Assembly (NCBI GenBank): GCA_949538625.1
Contig: CATISD010000115.1
Span: forward strand, 7,571-71,570
DNA length: 64,000 nt
Direction: 5' to 3'
DNA from: Acidimicrobiales bacterium AG-410-I20
Lineage (GTDB): Bacteria; Actinomycetota; Acidimicrobiia; Acidimicrobiales; MedAcidi-G1
Positions within the stretch are counted from its first letter, which is position 1; every line of letters begins with the position of its first letter. The notes under the pieces were generated by a model. That model did no database searches, had not been told where the DNA came from, and worked only from the letters and a program-made list of their open reading frames with translations. The translations under genes and the position numbers were made by a program. Positions 1-10,003 of the stretch are shown here, piece after piece.

Positions 1-1250
1 CGTCGAATTCTACGAGTAAAGCCATGCAGGATCTCGCCTGATCTTGCAACAACAGGCCTAAATATAGATTGTCTCTCCACGGGAATGGCTTCACGCACCT
101 TAATCCGGTAAAGCAAGTACGTCGTCAGCAAAGCAAAAACTCCAACTGAAGTCCAGTAAAAGCCACTTGGGCCGAAAACATTCATTGCTTGTGCGGATAT
201 GACTGGAGAAATGACTGCCCCGAAACTACTGATTAATACAAGAGCAGAAGCTGCCGATGTCTTTTTTTCAGGAGGTATCCAGTCATTTGCTAATGCTAGA
301 AAGAGTCCATAAAGCGGAAAGACAAAGGCTCCGAAGCAAAGGTGGAGAAGGATTATCCAGTCTCCGTCAGTCGGCAACATTGCCCCAAGTAAGGCAAGGC
401 AACCAGCGGCAACTGTTACAAATAGGATGACAGTTCGTCGGGGAAGACGATCTGATAACGAACCAAGTGGATATTGCAGCAGAACAGCACCAACAAAACC
501 CGCGGCTGTGAAGAGTGCGACTTTCTCTGTTGACATACCTGCTTCGGTTCCAAAAACCGTACTCATCGAACTAGTCGACGCTTGAACAAATGAAGCGAGA
601 AAAAGGCCAACTACAGCCAACGGAATAATGTCCAATAACTCCTTGATGCTCATTTTCTCTTCTTCTTGCTGCGGCGGAGTAGAAGTAGAAGTCAGCGCTA
701 TGGGTATAACTGCTGCAGAAATTAGAACAGAAGAAAAAATGAATAACTTGAATCCATCAGCACTCGCGACATTTATGAGAAGAAACCCGCCGGCAGTTCC
801 TCCCATCATAATGGTCATATAAGTTCCTAAAAGTTTGCCGCGGACTTCGTTGGCTGCCTTAGCATTTAGCCAGCTCTCAAGAACTACAAAAACTCCTGCA
901 TTGCATAATCCACTTAGGAAATAAATAAACATCCAGGTGGTCGGCACAATAAAAACAGCGTTTATGAGTACAGCGACGGATGCGGTAGAGGCAAGTGCAG
1001 CGAAAACACGAACGTGACCCACAGAATTTATTGCGGAAACAATAAATCGAGCGCCAGCGAGGTAACCGGCAAAATGGAAGGCCATAACCAGGCCCATTGA
1101 CCCCGCACTAAAGCCTTCAGACTCTGCCCTAATCGGCAGCAAAATTCTTTGAAGACCATTGCCTACTTGAAGTAAAAGAAATGAAACGAATAAAGCTGCA
1201 ACCCCATTAAAAGGAGAGACTCGTGAGCCGATTTCTGAGGATTGATTCAA
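1..1250 (-). CDS. MFS transporter (YcaD-like), 3' end runs off the window
   Basis: Not in the ORF track. Manual translation from TTG at 1250 (overlapping the upstream stop) gives MNQSSEIGSRVSPFNGVAALFVSFLLLQVGNGLQRILLPIRAESEGFSAGSMGLVMAFHFAGYLAG..., with many hydrophobic helices and an MFS motif-A-like GSLSDRLPRR. Confidence 0.85.
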   Translation of the reverse strand, partial: MNQSSEIGSRVSPFNGVAALFVSFLLLQVGNGLQRILLPIRAESEGFSAGSMGLVMAFHFAGYLAGARFIVSAINSVGHVRVFAALASTASVAVLINAVFIVPTTWMFIYFLSGLCNAGVFVVLESWLNAKAANEVRGKLLGTYMTIMMGGTAGGFLLINVASADGFKLFIFSSVLISAAVIPIALTSTSTPPQQEEEKMSIKELLDIIPLAVVGLFLASFVQASTSSMSTVFGTEAGMSTEKVALFTAAGFVGAVLLQYPLGSLSDRLPRRTVILFVTVAAGCLALLGAMLPTDGDWIILLHLCFGAFVFPLYGLFLALANDWIPPEKKTSAASALVLISSFGAVISPVISAQAMNVFGPSGFYWTSVGVFALLTTYLLYRIKVREAIPVERQSIFRPVVARSGEILHGFTRRIR

Positions 1251-1738
1251 CGCAAAGACCGAATAGCTTGTCCCACAAAATCCGGCTGAGGGAAAGCTAA
1301 ATGTTTGTCTCGAATATTTGAAGCGATACTCAGGATTGGTTCTTTCATTGGTGCGACTTTTGGACCCTCACCATCCTCTCCCTGTACCACATGAAGTAAC
1401 AGAGCCTCTTGTGTAGCAGCTGGCTCTTCATTCCCCTCGACATAAAGTTCTTGAAGCCAATGAAGTCTTTTTTCATCGCACCCAAGAAGCCATCCATTCA
1501 CATGCACATCAGCGTTTACATGGATTTCGCGAAGAAAACGAACACGACTTTCAACGGTATAAAAAGTTCCGTGCTCTTCACGGTAATTAGCGTCAAACCC
1601 CAACTCCTCTAAAAGCATGTCACCGGAATAACCAAAAGCGACTCCGTAGTAACCCTCTGTTAGGTGATTGTTGTAGTCAATCCAGTCTGTTGGGACAGTA
1701 GCCCTCCAACAGCGAATTGGTTCTAATTTCTCGGTCAT
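1247..1738 (-). CDS. Hotdog-fold thioesterase (resembles carnitine-pathway/betainyl-CoA thioesterase)
   Basis: VPTDWIDYNNHLTEGYY motif of 4HBT-like thioesterases. Start at 1738 preferred over 1753. Confidence 0.75.
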   Translation of the reverse strand: MTEKLEPIRCWRATVPTDWIDYNNHLTEGYYGVAFGYSGDMLLEELGFDANYREEHGTFYTVESRVRFLREIHVNADVHVNGWLLGCDEKRLHWLQELYVEGNEEPAATQEALLLHVVQGEDGEGPKVAPMKEPILSIASNIRDKHLAFPQPDFVGQAIRSLR

Positions 1739-1832
1739 TTTGTAACCCTTCAATTAACAAATATGGTGCGCAAGGTTTGCAAGTGATTTTAAAGACACTC
1801 TATGCGTAATGGGGTCAAAGTTGAGTGATGAT

Positions 1833-2411
1833 TTAATGAAGTTCTAGGCCAATTGGGGGAGTCATTTCAAACTCTCTACCAGCATCCACCAAGACTCGGA
1901 AAAGGTAGTTCCCAAAAGACCTTTCACACGCTATGAGAAAGGAGATTTCCTTATTCGTGCCGGTACGTACTAGGTCACATGACACGTTTCCGATAGATGC
2001 GGATAGGCAGGCACCATCTGGAACCATTTCGTCAGAGAAATCAATATTGCATATTTTCTCTAATACCTTTCCGGCATTTTCTCCTTCAAGGCTCAGAAGA
2101 CTTCTGCCGTGGGTTATATCTACAAGAATCACTTGATCTTTAATTGCGGCGTATTCTTGTATTAGATCTGTAGCGTCGCTGGTTGGATTGTAGAGAGTCC
2201 ATTCGTCGGGCCTGCTTCCAGTGATAAGCGTTCCATCTGTTCGAAGTTTGCTTTTTCCGTAGAGAACTTCAGTTTCCGGTGTGTCTTCCGCTCCGATTCT
2301 TTTGCGTAAAAGAATCTTTGTGTAATGCGCACAGTCTCTAATTCGCAGGCATCCATCTTCTGACTCAATCGCGTCCAGCGGAATTGGGCTCAAGAAAGTT
2401 TCATTAAACAT
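1833..2411 (-). CDS. soxG: Sarcosine oxidase gamma subunit
   Basis: RPDEW, DITHGRSLLSLEG and ERSFGNYL motifs. Last gene of soxBDAG; ATG at 2411 overlaps the soxA stop. Confidence 0.8.
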   Translation of the reverse strand: MFNETFLSPIPLDAIESEDGCLRIRDCAHYTKILLRKRIGAEDTPETEVLYGKSKLRTDGTLITGSRPDEWTLYNPTSDATDLIQEYAAIKDQVILVDITHGRSLLSLEGENAGKVLEKICNIDFSDEMVPDGACLSASIGNVSCDLVRTGTNKEISFLIACERSFGNYLFRVLVDAGREFEMTPPIGLELH

Positions 2412-5256
2412 TTTGCTTACTTCCAGTCGGGTCAAAATGTACGTGTCCGTCAATCACTTTTGCAATAATTCGCTGACCGTTACCTAATAGAATGGTTATT
2501 TCAGTGCCAGGTGAAGCTAACTCTGGATTTATTTGCGCTAGACAGATAGACCGTTCTAGTACTGGAGACATTCGACTAGAAGTTATTCTGCCGAGTATCC
2601 GATTACTGTCTCCGTCAACAATTTGAGAAGCCTCTTCAGGCACAATTTTTGGATTTTCAGTTTGTATAGCTACCAATGCGGGCATCTGCTCTGAACTGAA
2701 CGAGTCCCGTATCTCTGGAAGCCCCACGGTGTCTTCTTTGTCTAACTTGAATAATTTCTCTAATTGGATTGTTGGCGCCTTTGTCAAACCATCGGTGTCT
2801 TGTCCGACAATAAAGTGTCCTTTTTCTAATCTGAGAATTCTTTGAGCCTCAACACCGAAGGGGGCGCAGCCTAAGTCGCTACCGGACTCTAAAAGTAGCT
2901 CCCAAATATATTTTGCGTAACCAGAAGGTATATGAATCTCGTAGGAGAGTTCTCCGGTGAATCCAATTCGCCAGATAATACAGTTCTCCACTCCAGCAAT
3001 TGTTCCCGTCCTTACGCTGAAGTAGGGAAAGCCTTCCGATGAAAGATCTACGTCAGTTGTTAAGCGTTGTAGAAGGTTTCTCGAGTTAGGACCTGCCACG
3101 TTGATACTTGTTAGTCCACCTGTTATTGGGGTCGCATAAACATCCCAATTTTCTTGATTGCTTTGAATCCAATCTTCTAGTTTCTCCCAAACCGCACCAG
3201 CCCCTGAAGAAGTAGTGGTCATTAGCCAGCGGTCTTCTTCGATGCGTCCAGTAACACCATCGTCAGCGATTACTCCATCTTCACCAACCATCACTCCGTA
3301 GCGGACTTTACCGATTCCTAATGATGCCCACCGATTTACATAAACTTGATCTAATAGTTTGCTGACGTCTTTTCCCTGTAAATCAATTTTTCCAAGTGGA
3401 GTAACATCAATTATTCCAACGTTGTTTCGTACGTTTAATGCCTCTTGAGCGGGATTTCCGTAATGGTCAGGCCTTACCCACTGGCCGGCTAGTAGAGGAG
3501 TAGCCCCTTTGGTGTCATGCCAATCTTGTAGAGCTGATCTTCGTGTTGGTTCAAATATGCGACCGGCTAGCGCCCCAAGTGTTATTGGCGCAAATGGTGG
3601 ACGCCAGATTGTTGTTCCTATTTCTTTTAGATCAACATTTGTGGCATCAGCTAGGACTGCTGCTGCGTTAACGGTTTCGAGTTTGCCTTGAGATGGGCCC
3701 ATTGTCGCTGTTGTGTATCGCTTCATCAGTTCAATTGAGTCAAATCCTTCTTGGGAAGCTTGCACCAGATCGCTGTATTTGACGTCTTCAGAGAAATCTA
3801 CGAATCCTTCTTTTGTTGAAAAATAGCATTCTGGATGGTCTTCTTTATGAAGAGATGAGCGGGTATCTTCAATTAGTTCTGGTGGAGGATTGTCTGGATT
3901 TCTCGCCCAAGCAGTGGCTGTTTGTTTCCCATGTCTAATGCGTAATGCTCGACTGGCCGCTAATTGTCCAGTTTCTGTTCCGTGCTGAATGATTGAAGCA
4001 AGATCTCCGTTGCCGACGATTCCACCAGTTGCGAGTACGTTACTCGGAAGGTTTGTGGGAAAAAATCTTGCTGAATTTTTATCGTATTCTGGCTTATCTC
4101 CCGCCATGTTTAGTAGGGATGTGGGAGCGGTCCATCCAGTAGCAACTACGACTAAGTCTGCTGCGACTTTTCTTCCGTCTTCAAGAGTTACTGATTTAAC
4201 CCGCTTTTTTCCGTTTGCAGAAACTATTACTTCTCCTTTTCTTGCGTCCACGACAGTAACGATTTCAACACCAACCCTTTTTAGGTCTTTAATGCAAGCG
4301 TCTCCCTCTTCATTTGCAGTAAAGACGACCGCTGTTTCCCCTGGCTTGACCCCCCAGAGGTTGATTAAGCGACGCACCCCGCCAGATAGCATCACACCTG
4401 GAATATCATTGCCTTTAAAAACGTACGGCCGCTCTATTAAGCCAGGGGCCACTATCAAACTTCCAGTTCTTGCCTTAATTAATCGTTCCCTCGCTACTGG
4501 ATGGTTTTTTTGCATGATTGCAATCCAGTTGTGGTCATAACGCCCTGTAACAGTGGAGTCAAGAAAAACCTCTATGTTTTGGTGATTCTCGATTCGCTCT
4601 ATTAGGGGAGTGATTCTTGAAGCGATAGCGGGATCTTCCCAGCGAGTATGACCTCCTAATTCGGGTTCCATTTCTACTAAAGCGACTGTGGCACCCATAT
4701 CAGCTGCAGCCAAGGCAGAAGAGATACCTGCAGGGCCTCCTCCAGCGACTACTACATCGGGATGAATGTATCTTTTGTCGTAGTAAGAAGTAGACCGTTC
4801 CTCCCACGCAATTCTTCCTCCTGGAGCAAATTTTCGTAACACTTTTTGGTATAAGTGGTCCCAGAAAATTTTGGGCTTCATGAAAGTTTTGTAATAAAAC
4901 CCAGAAGAAAGAAAACGCCCAACAACTTTATTTAAAGCGCCTACATCATATTTAAGGTTAGGCCATACATTTTGGGCGCTAACCGACATGCCCTCTTTAA
5001 GCCGTCGACTTCCTGCGCGAACATTTGGCTCATCATCAACTTGAACAGCTAAATTTGGATCCCAATGATCAGCTGTCATTATTCCACGATGGCGATGATA
5101 CTTCATTGACCGAGAGAAAATTTCTACGCCGGAAGACGCTAAGGCAGAAGCTATAGTGTCGCCTTTGTAGCCTGCAAAAGGCTTTCCATTCCAAGTAAAT
5201 CTAAGCTCTTCAGTGCGGTCGATGATCTCGCATGGCTGCTGAGAAAGTCGGTTCAT
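2404..5256 (-). CDS. soxA: Sarcosine oxidase alpha subunit
   Basis: GDTIASAL, GGGPAG dinucleotide fold, KRYTTATMGPSQGK and a C-terminal GcvT-like folate domain (DVTPLGK, RIGFTGELSYEI). Confidence 0.93.
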   Translation of the reverse strand: MNRLSQQPCEIIDRTEELRFTWNGKPFAGYKGDTIASALASSGVEIFSRSMKYHRHRGIMTADHWDPNLAVQVDDEPNVRAGSRRLKEGMSVSAQNVWPNLKYDVGALNKVVGRFLSSGFYYKTFMKPKIFWDHLYQKVLRKFAPGGRIAWEERSTSYYDKRYIHPDVVVAGGGPAGISSALAAADMGATVALVEMEPELGGHTRWEDPAIASRITPLIERIENHQNIEVFLDSTVTGRYDHNWIAIMQKNHPVARERLIKARTGSLIVAPGLIERPYVFKGNDIPGVMLSGGVRRLINLWGVKPGETAVVFTANEEGDACIKDLKRVGVEIVTVVDARKGEVIVSANGKKRVKSVTLEDGRKVAADLVVVATGWTAPTSLLNMAGDKPEYDKNSARFFPTNLPSNVLATGGIVGNGDLASIIQHGTETGQLAASRALRIRHGKQTATAWARNPDNPPPELIEDTRSSLHKEDHPECYFSTKEGFVDFSEDVKYSDLVQASQEGFDSIELMKRYTTATMGPSQGKLETVNAAAVLADATNVDLKEIGTTIWRPPFAPITLGALAGRIFEPTRRSALQDWHDTKGATPLLAGQWVRPDHYGNPAQEALNVRNNVGIIDVTPLGKIDLQGKDVSKLLDQVYVNRWASLGIGKVRYGVMVGEDGVIADDGVTGRIEEDRWLMTTTSSGAGAVWEKLEDWIQSNQENWDVYATPITGGLTSINVAGPNSRNLLQRLTTDVDLSSEGFPYFSVRTGTIAGVENCIIWRIGFTGELSYEIHIPSGYAKYIWELLLESGSDLGCAPFGVEAQRILRLEKGHFIVGQDTDGLTKAPTIQLEKLFKLDKEDTVGLPEIRDSFSSEQMPALVAIQTENPKIVPEEASQIVDGDSNRILGRITSSRMSPVLERSICLAQINPELASPGTEITILLGNGQRIIAKVIDGHVHFDPTGSKQNV

Positions 5257-5498
5257 AATCCACTCTCTCGTATCTCGTTGGTGACTGTATTTCGCTCAAC
5301 AACAAAATATTTACGGCAGCCATTTCTGCAGTACCAAGTTTCTCTCATCCAATCTGCAGTATTTTTTCTGAGGTATAAGTACGAGCGCCATTCCGCAATG
5401 GTTGTGATTTGCGGGTCTGGACGTTCAACTACTTCACCACAATTTCTCAAGTCGCTTGAGTTGCGAGGACCACAATTAGGGCAAGGTACTACGATCAT
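5253..5498 (-). CDS. soxD: Sarcosine oxidase delta subunit
   Basis: CPNCGPR, YLYLRKN and RNTVTNEI motifs; lies between soxB and soxA. Confidence 0.9.
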   Translation of the reverse strand: MIVVPCPNCGPRNSSDLRNCGEVVERPDPQITTIAEWRSYLYLRKNTADWMRETWYCRNGCRKYFVVERNTVTNEIRESGL

Positions 5499-6787
5499 TA
5501 GTGTCCCACCGCCGCTGCACCTTTTTCACCAACAAGTTGACCTGTGCTGAATCTCTCAATGTTAAATGAGTTAATTAGTTCAGCTGTTTTGCCTGTCGCT
5601 ATTGTTTCAGCCATTGTTTCTCCGGACACTGGTCCAGCTTTAAATCCATACGTTCCCCATCCGACATCCACTAAGAATCCTTCTACTTCTGTGAATCCCA
5701 TCACCGGCGAGTAATCAGGTGTCATGTCGCAAAGCCCTGCCCATTGTCTAAGTAGTCTCATTTCTGCTATCCCAGGCATAAGTTCTAAAACATGAGCTGC
5801 TAATTCTTCGGTAAATTCCAGCGTCCCGTTTATTCGGTACGTTCCGACAGGGTCTACCGAAGCGCCAAAAACAAGTTCACCTCTATCTGTTTGGCTGACA
5901 TAAACATGCAAGGACCCAGAGACCACCACCGTAGGTAAGAAAGTTTTACAGGGCTCAGTTACTGCGGCTTGAAGCGGATGTGTTGTTATTGGAAGTCTCA
6001 CTCCAGCCATATTTGAAATCAGAGATGACCAACCTGCAGTGCAGTTCACTACTATTGGGGCGCTTATTTTCCCTTTGTTCGTTTGAACTCCAGTTATTTT
6101 TGCCCCCTGACCTTTCCCACCCGGCTGGTCACCGCCAGCACATAATATGTCTAAGACCTCCGTCTTTTGATGCAGATGCACTCCGAAGTGACTAGCCGCA
6201 CGCGCGTAGCCCCAAACAACTGCGTCGTGCCGAATAATCCCACCCGGAGGATGAAACAACGCTCCTAATATTGGATACCGAGTGTGATTGGAAACATCTA
6301 AACTTGGGGCTTGTTTTTTTACTTCATCGGGATCAATAACACTTGAATCAATTCCCTGCAATTTGTTGACCTCTGCCCGCCAGTGCATAGTTCGTAAGGC
6401 AGAGTCTGTGTGCGCCAGAGTTAGGTGGCCACGGCGTGAAAACATAACATTTAAGTTCAATTCAGAAGCCATCTCGTTGTAAAGAGTGAGTGAGCGGTCA
6501 TAAAAAGCGACACCCTCAGGGGTTAGATAGTTTGAACGAACAATCGCTGTGTTGCGGCCTGAGCCGCCACCACCCAAATAACCTTTGTCAAGAACAGCGA
6601 CGTTGTTGATCCCATAGTTCTTTGCAAGGTAATAGGCCGTAGCTAGGCCATGCACTCCGCCTCCGATAATGATGACGTCATAAGTATCTTTGAGATTTTC
6701 GTTACTCCACATACGCGGCCATGTGCCACGCGAGAGTCCATGCTTGATCAGTTTCAGTCCTGAATATTTATAGGGGAGTTGTTTCAT
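5498..6787 (-). CDS. soxB: Sarcosine oxidase beta subunit
   Basis: GGGVHGLATAYYLA, RNTAIVRSNY, GGIIRHDAVVWGY (covalent FMN His) and GWGTYGFKA. Confidence 0.93.
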   Translation of the reverse strand: MKQLPYKYSGLKLIKHGLSRGTWPRMWSNENLKDTYDVIIIGGGVHGLATAYYLAKNYGINNVAVLDKGYLGGGGSGRNTAIVRSNYLTPEGVAFYDRSLTLYNEMASELNLNVMFSRRGHLTLAHTDSALRTMHWRAEVNKLQGIDSSVIDPDEVKKQAPSLDVSNHTRYPILGALFHPPGGIIRHDAVVWGYARAASHFGVHLHQKTEVLDILCAGGDQPGGKGQGAKITGVQTNKGKISAPIVVNCTAGWSSLISNMAGVRLPITTHPLQAAVTEPCKTFLPTVVVSGSLHVYVSQTDRGELVFGASVDPVGTYRINGTLEFTEELAAHVLELMPGIAEMRLLRQWAGLCDMTPDYSPVMGFTEVEGFLVDVGWGTYGFKAGPVSGETMAETIATGKTAELINSFNIERFSTGQLVGEKGAAAVGH

Positions 6788-6818
6788 CTAGGCCTACAAC
6801 CGAACGCGACTTTCAAGT

Positions 6819-6844
6819 TTTATTGATAAGTCGAATTCAATAAA
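6819..6844. promoter_or_regulatory. Candidate operator in the divergent soxB/upp region
   Basis: Perfect 8-bp inverted repeat TTTATTGA-N10-TCAATAAA. Confidence 0.4.
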
Positions 6845-6891
6845 GATCGTCTCAATATCATTGCGAGAATCTTAGAGGTTAAAGTGTAAGA

Positions 6892-7515
6892 ATGTCTCAA
6901 ATTCACGTAATTAATCACCCTCTCGTTCAACACAAGTTGACACAAATGCGTCGAACAGAAACCTCAAGCGAACGCTTCAGGCAGTTGCTCAACGAAACAA
7001 GTCTGCTCTTAACTTATGAAGTGACTCGAGATTTACCTTTGGTCACTACAGAAATAACAACGCCTCTAACTGAAATGGAGGCGCCTGAATTAGTCGAGCA
7101 TCCAGTAGTCATTTCTATTCTTCGTGCGGGAAATGGCCTACTAGATGGAGTTTTGCAAGTTATTCCTGGAGCGCGTGTTGGCCATGTTGGGCTTTACAGG
7201 GACCATGACACGTTGGAAGCGGTGGAGTACTACTGCAAGTTCCCACCCATTGAAGAACGAATAGCGGTTGTTGTGGACCCAATGCTGGCGACCGGGAACT
7301 CTGCAGCAGCTGCTCTCAGTCGAATCAAGGAAGAGAACCCAGCAGAAATTAGATTTCTTTGTTTGTTGGCTGCCCCAGAAGGGATCGAAAGCCTTCAATC
7401 GGCGCATCCAGATGTGTCTATATGGACTGCCTCAATTGATGATCATTTGAACGAGGTTGGGTATATCGTGCCCGGATTAGGTGATGCTGGTGATCGCATC
7501 TTTGGAACGACATGA
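6892..7515 (+). CDS. upp: Uracil phosphoribosyltransferase
   Basis: [26 protein letters not shown] and [16 protein letters not shown]. Confidence 0.97.
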   Translation: MSQIHVINHPLVQHKLTQMRRTETSSERFRQLLNETSLLLTYEVTRDLPLVTTEITTPLTEMEAPELVEHPVVISILRAGNGLLDGVLQVIPGARVGHVGLYRDHDTLEAVEYYCKFPPIEERIAVVVDPMLATGNSAAAALSRIKEENPAEIRFLCLLAAPEGIESLQSAHPDVSIWTASIDDHLNEVGYIVPGLGDAGDRIFGTT

Positions 7516-8339
7516 GTGATTCGCCTTCTATTGATGGCGAAAGGATTATTTCCCAAGACAAAGTAGATTTTTTTGCCGACAATGGTCATGTGAGAGTTGA
7601 CCAACTCTGCTCAAAAGATGAATTGATGAATTTTTCTGAATCGTTAGTACGCCTTGGGACTGATATTGCTTGGAATAAGGACATACCATTAGAAAAACAG
7701 CGGACTTATGACAGAGCCTTTCATCAGTCGATTAACCTTTGGAAATTGGATCCCGTAGCTAAAGCTTTTGTAACCGCTAAGAGATTTGCTCATGTTGCAG
7801 CACAGTTGCTCAAGGTTAAGGGAGTTCGCCTTTATCATGATCAGCTTTTAAACAAGAAAGCCCTAGGAGGTCATACTCCATGGCATCAAGACGCCTACTA
7901 TTGGCCAATTAAAGGAAGCCAAGCAATAACTATGTGGATGCCGTTAGTTGACATTGATTCGTCAATGGGACTCGTTCAATTTGCGGAAAAAAGCCATTTA
8001 AAAGGAGATTTGAAAGGGTCCGCGATTTCAGGAGCTTCAGAGAATGAGTTCAGCGAATTGGTAGATAAAGAGCAATTTTCACTTTCCTCTTATGAATCTT
8101 TCGTTGCCGGGGACGCTACCTTCCATGCTGGATGGACTTTACATAGAGCAGGAGAGAACAGCACCAATACAGATAGGCCAGCAATGACTGTTATTTACAT
8201 TGCTGACCAATGCCAGGTTCAAAAAATTGAACGAAACGAACAACAACTAGATCTTTTGATGTACCTACCCGGAGCAAACGTAGGTGAGATAGCTGCATCT
8301 CCGATGAACCCTTTACTTTGGCATCAGGATTCCAACTAA
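7512..8339 (+). CDS. Phytanoyl-CoA dioxygenase (PhyH) family Fe(II)/2OG dioxygenase
   Basis: TPWHQD and TLHRAGEN...R (HxD...H triad). Confidence 0.88.
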   Translation: MSDSPSIDGERIISQDKVDFFADNGHVRVDQLCSKDELMNFSESLVRLGTDIAWNKDIPLEKQRTYDRAFHQSINLWKLDPVAKAFVTAKRFAHVAAQLLKVKGVRLYHDQLLNKKALGGHTPWHQDAYYWPIKGSQAITMWMPLVDIDSSMGLVQFAEKSHLKGDLKGSAISGASENEFSELVDKEQFSLSSYESFVAGDATFHAGWTLHRAGENSTNTDRPAMTVIYIADQCQVQKIERNEQQLDLLMYLPGANVGEIAASPMNPLLWHQDSN

Positions 8340-8348
8340 GATCTCTGT

Positions 8349-8996
8349 ATGAAAGTACCTTCTGAAAAAGATTTACGTCGGACACAACGTCGAGTTTTCA
8401 AGTTTTACAGACTACTTTCAAATATTGACACTGATATGCCCCCAGCATCCACAAAAGAACCCACGATCCTTGTCGCTAACCATCGCAGCCTTGCAGATCT
8501 ATTTTTAGCTGCCAGCCTCTTTCATGTATGGAGTTGGCCGGTCCGACCATTAGTCGCAGCCGCTTATTTCAAAAAGCCTGTAATCGGAAATTTACTAAAG
8601 AAATTAGGAGCAGTACCGGTATCGGGAAGTGACGCTATCGAGAGCGCAGCAGAAATACTTTCTACAGGAGTATCAGTTGCGGTAATGGCAGAAGGACGTG
8701 TCGTCCCTCCAGAAGAATGGCGACCCACAGGTGTAGGTACACCTAAAATTGGTGTAGCTAAATTGTCTTTGAAAAGCAAATGCCCAGTTTTAGCAATTGG
8801 AGTTGCCGGGACTGAGGAACTTTGGCCGCGCGGTAAAACTCTTCCTCGCCTTTCTTTGCGTCGTAGGAATACAACTTCTATTCGACTTAAACCCTTAGGT
8901 GTAATAAATGAAAAAGAAGCTGAAGCTGTTCTTTCAACAATTTGGGATGGAGTCAAAGAAATGGTTAATAGAGCAGAGATAGCTCGAAAAGTTTGA
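8349..8996 (+). CDS. 1-acyl-sn-glycerol-3-phosphate acyltransferase family
   Basis: NHRSLAD (HX4D) and AEGR motifs. Confidence 0.88.
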   Translation: MKVPSEKDLRRTQRRVFKFYRLLSNIDTDMPPASTKEPTILVANHRSLADLFLAASLFHVWSWPVRPLVAAAYFKKPVIGNLLKKLGAVPVSGSDAIESAAEILSTGVSVAVMAEGRVVPPEEWRPTGVGTPKIGVAKLSLKSKCPVLAIGVAGTEELWPRGKTLPRLSLRRRNTTSIRLKPLGVINEKEAEAVLSTIWDGVKEMVNRAEIARKV

Positions 8997-9908
8997 TTAG
9001 AAGTGGTAGGGGAAACCGGAATAATCTTGATCTCTTTTTTCGAGAAAAGCATCCCTTCCCTCTGTTGCCTCATCAGACCCATAAGCCAGACGAGTTGCTT
9101 CTCCAGCAAATAATTGTTGTCCAACTAAGCCATCATCAATTAAATTGAAAGCGAATTTCAACATTCTTTGTGCAGTTGGACTCTTTTGATTGATTGTTTC
9201 TGCCCACTCAAGAGCGGTTTGTTCAAGTTCTTCATGAGCGATGGCTGCGTTAACCATGCCCATTTCAAATGCTTCTTGCGCCGAATAACTACGACCAAGA
9301 AAAAAGATTTCTCGAGCTCTTTTTTGCCCAACTTGTCGTGCCAAATATGCGGATCCAAAGCCACCATCAAAGCTCGCTACATCTGCATCTGTCTGCTTGA
9401 AAATAGCGTTTTCTTTGCTGGCCAAAGTCAGATCACAAACTACGTGAAGACTGTGTCCGCCACCTACCGCCCAACCAGGAACCATTGCTATGACGACTTT
9501 TGGCATAAATCGAATTAGGCGCTGAACTTCAAGGATGTGGAGGCGTCCGGTGCGTGACTTTTCGACCGTTTCCGAAGTTTCTCCTGTCGCGTATTGATAA
9601 CCGTCTTTTCCACGGATTCGCTGATCGCCCCCTGAACAGAATGCCCAGCCGCCATCTTTTGGAGATGGTCCATTACCGGTTAAGAGAATGGTTCCAATGT
9701 CTGGAGTGACCCTTGCGTGGTCTAGCGCCCTGTAAAGTTCGTCAACTGTCTTCGGACGAAATGCATTTCGGACTTCTGGGCGATCAAAGGCAATGCGTAC
9801 CGTTTTCTGTGACTTAGCTCGATGGTAAGTAATGTCTTCAAAGTCGAATCCATCAACTTCGTTCCAAAGAGTTGAGTCAAATAATTGAGAAATAACTTTT
9901 TTTGCCAC
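8997..9908 (-). CDS. menB: 1,4-dihydroxy-2-naphthoyl-CoA synthase
   Basis: RPEVRNAFRP, FCSGGDQ, GGGHSLHVVCD and DVASFDGG. GTG start at 9908 is preceded by TATGCT-N6. Confidence 0.95.
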   Translation of the reverse strand: MAKKVISQLFDSTLWNEVDGFDFEDITYHRAKSQKTVRIAFDRPEVRNAFRPKTVDELYRALDHARVTPDIGTILLTGNGPSPKDGGWAFCSGGDQRIRGKDGYQYATGETSETVEKSRTGRLHILEVQRLIRFMPKVVIAMVPGWAVGGGHSLHVVCDLTLASKENAIFKQTDADVASFDGGFGSAYLARQVGQKRAREIFFLGRSYSAQEAFEMGMVNAAIAHEELEQTALEWAETINQKSPTAQRMLKFAFNLIDDGLVGQQLFAGEATRLAYGSDEATEGRDAFLEKRDQDYSGFPYHF

Positions 9909-10003
9909 AAGTAAAGCATAGGCGTTAATTATTTCCACTGTTCTACTTCATTTGGAATCAATGGTGCACTGTACTCATTTACTTCAGCAGGTAGCATAGA
10001 AAA

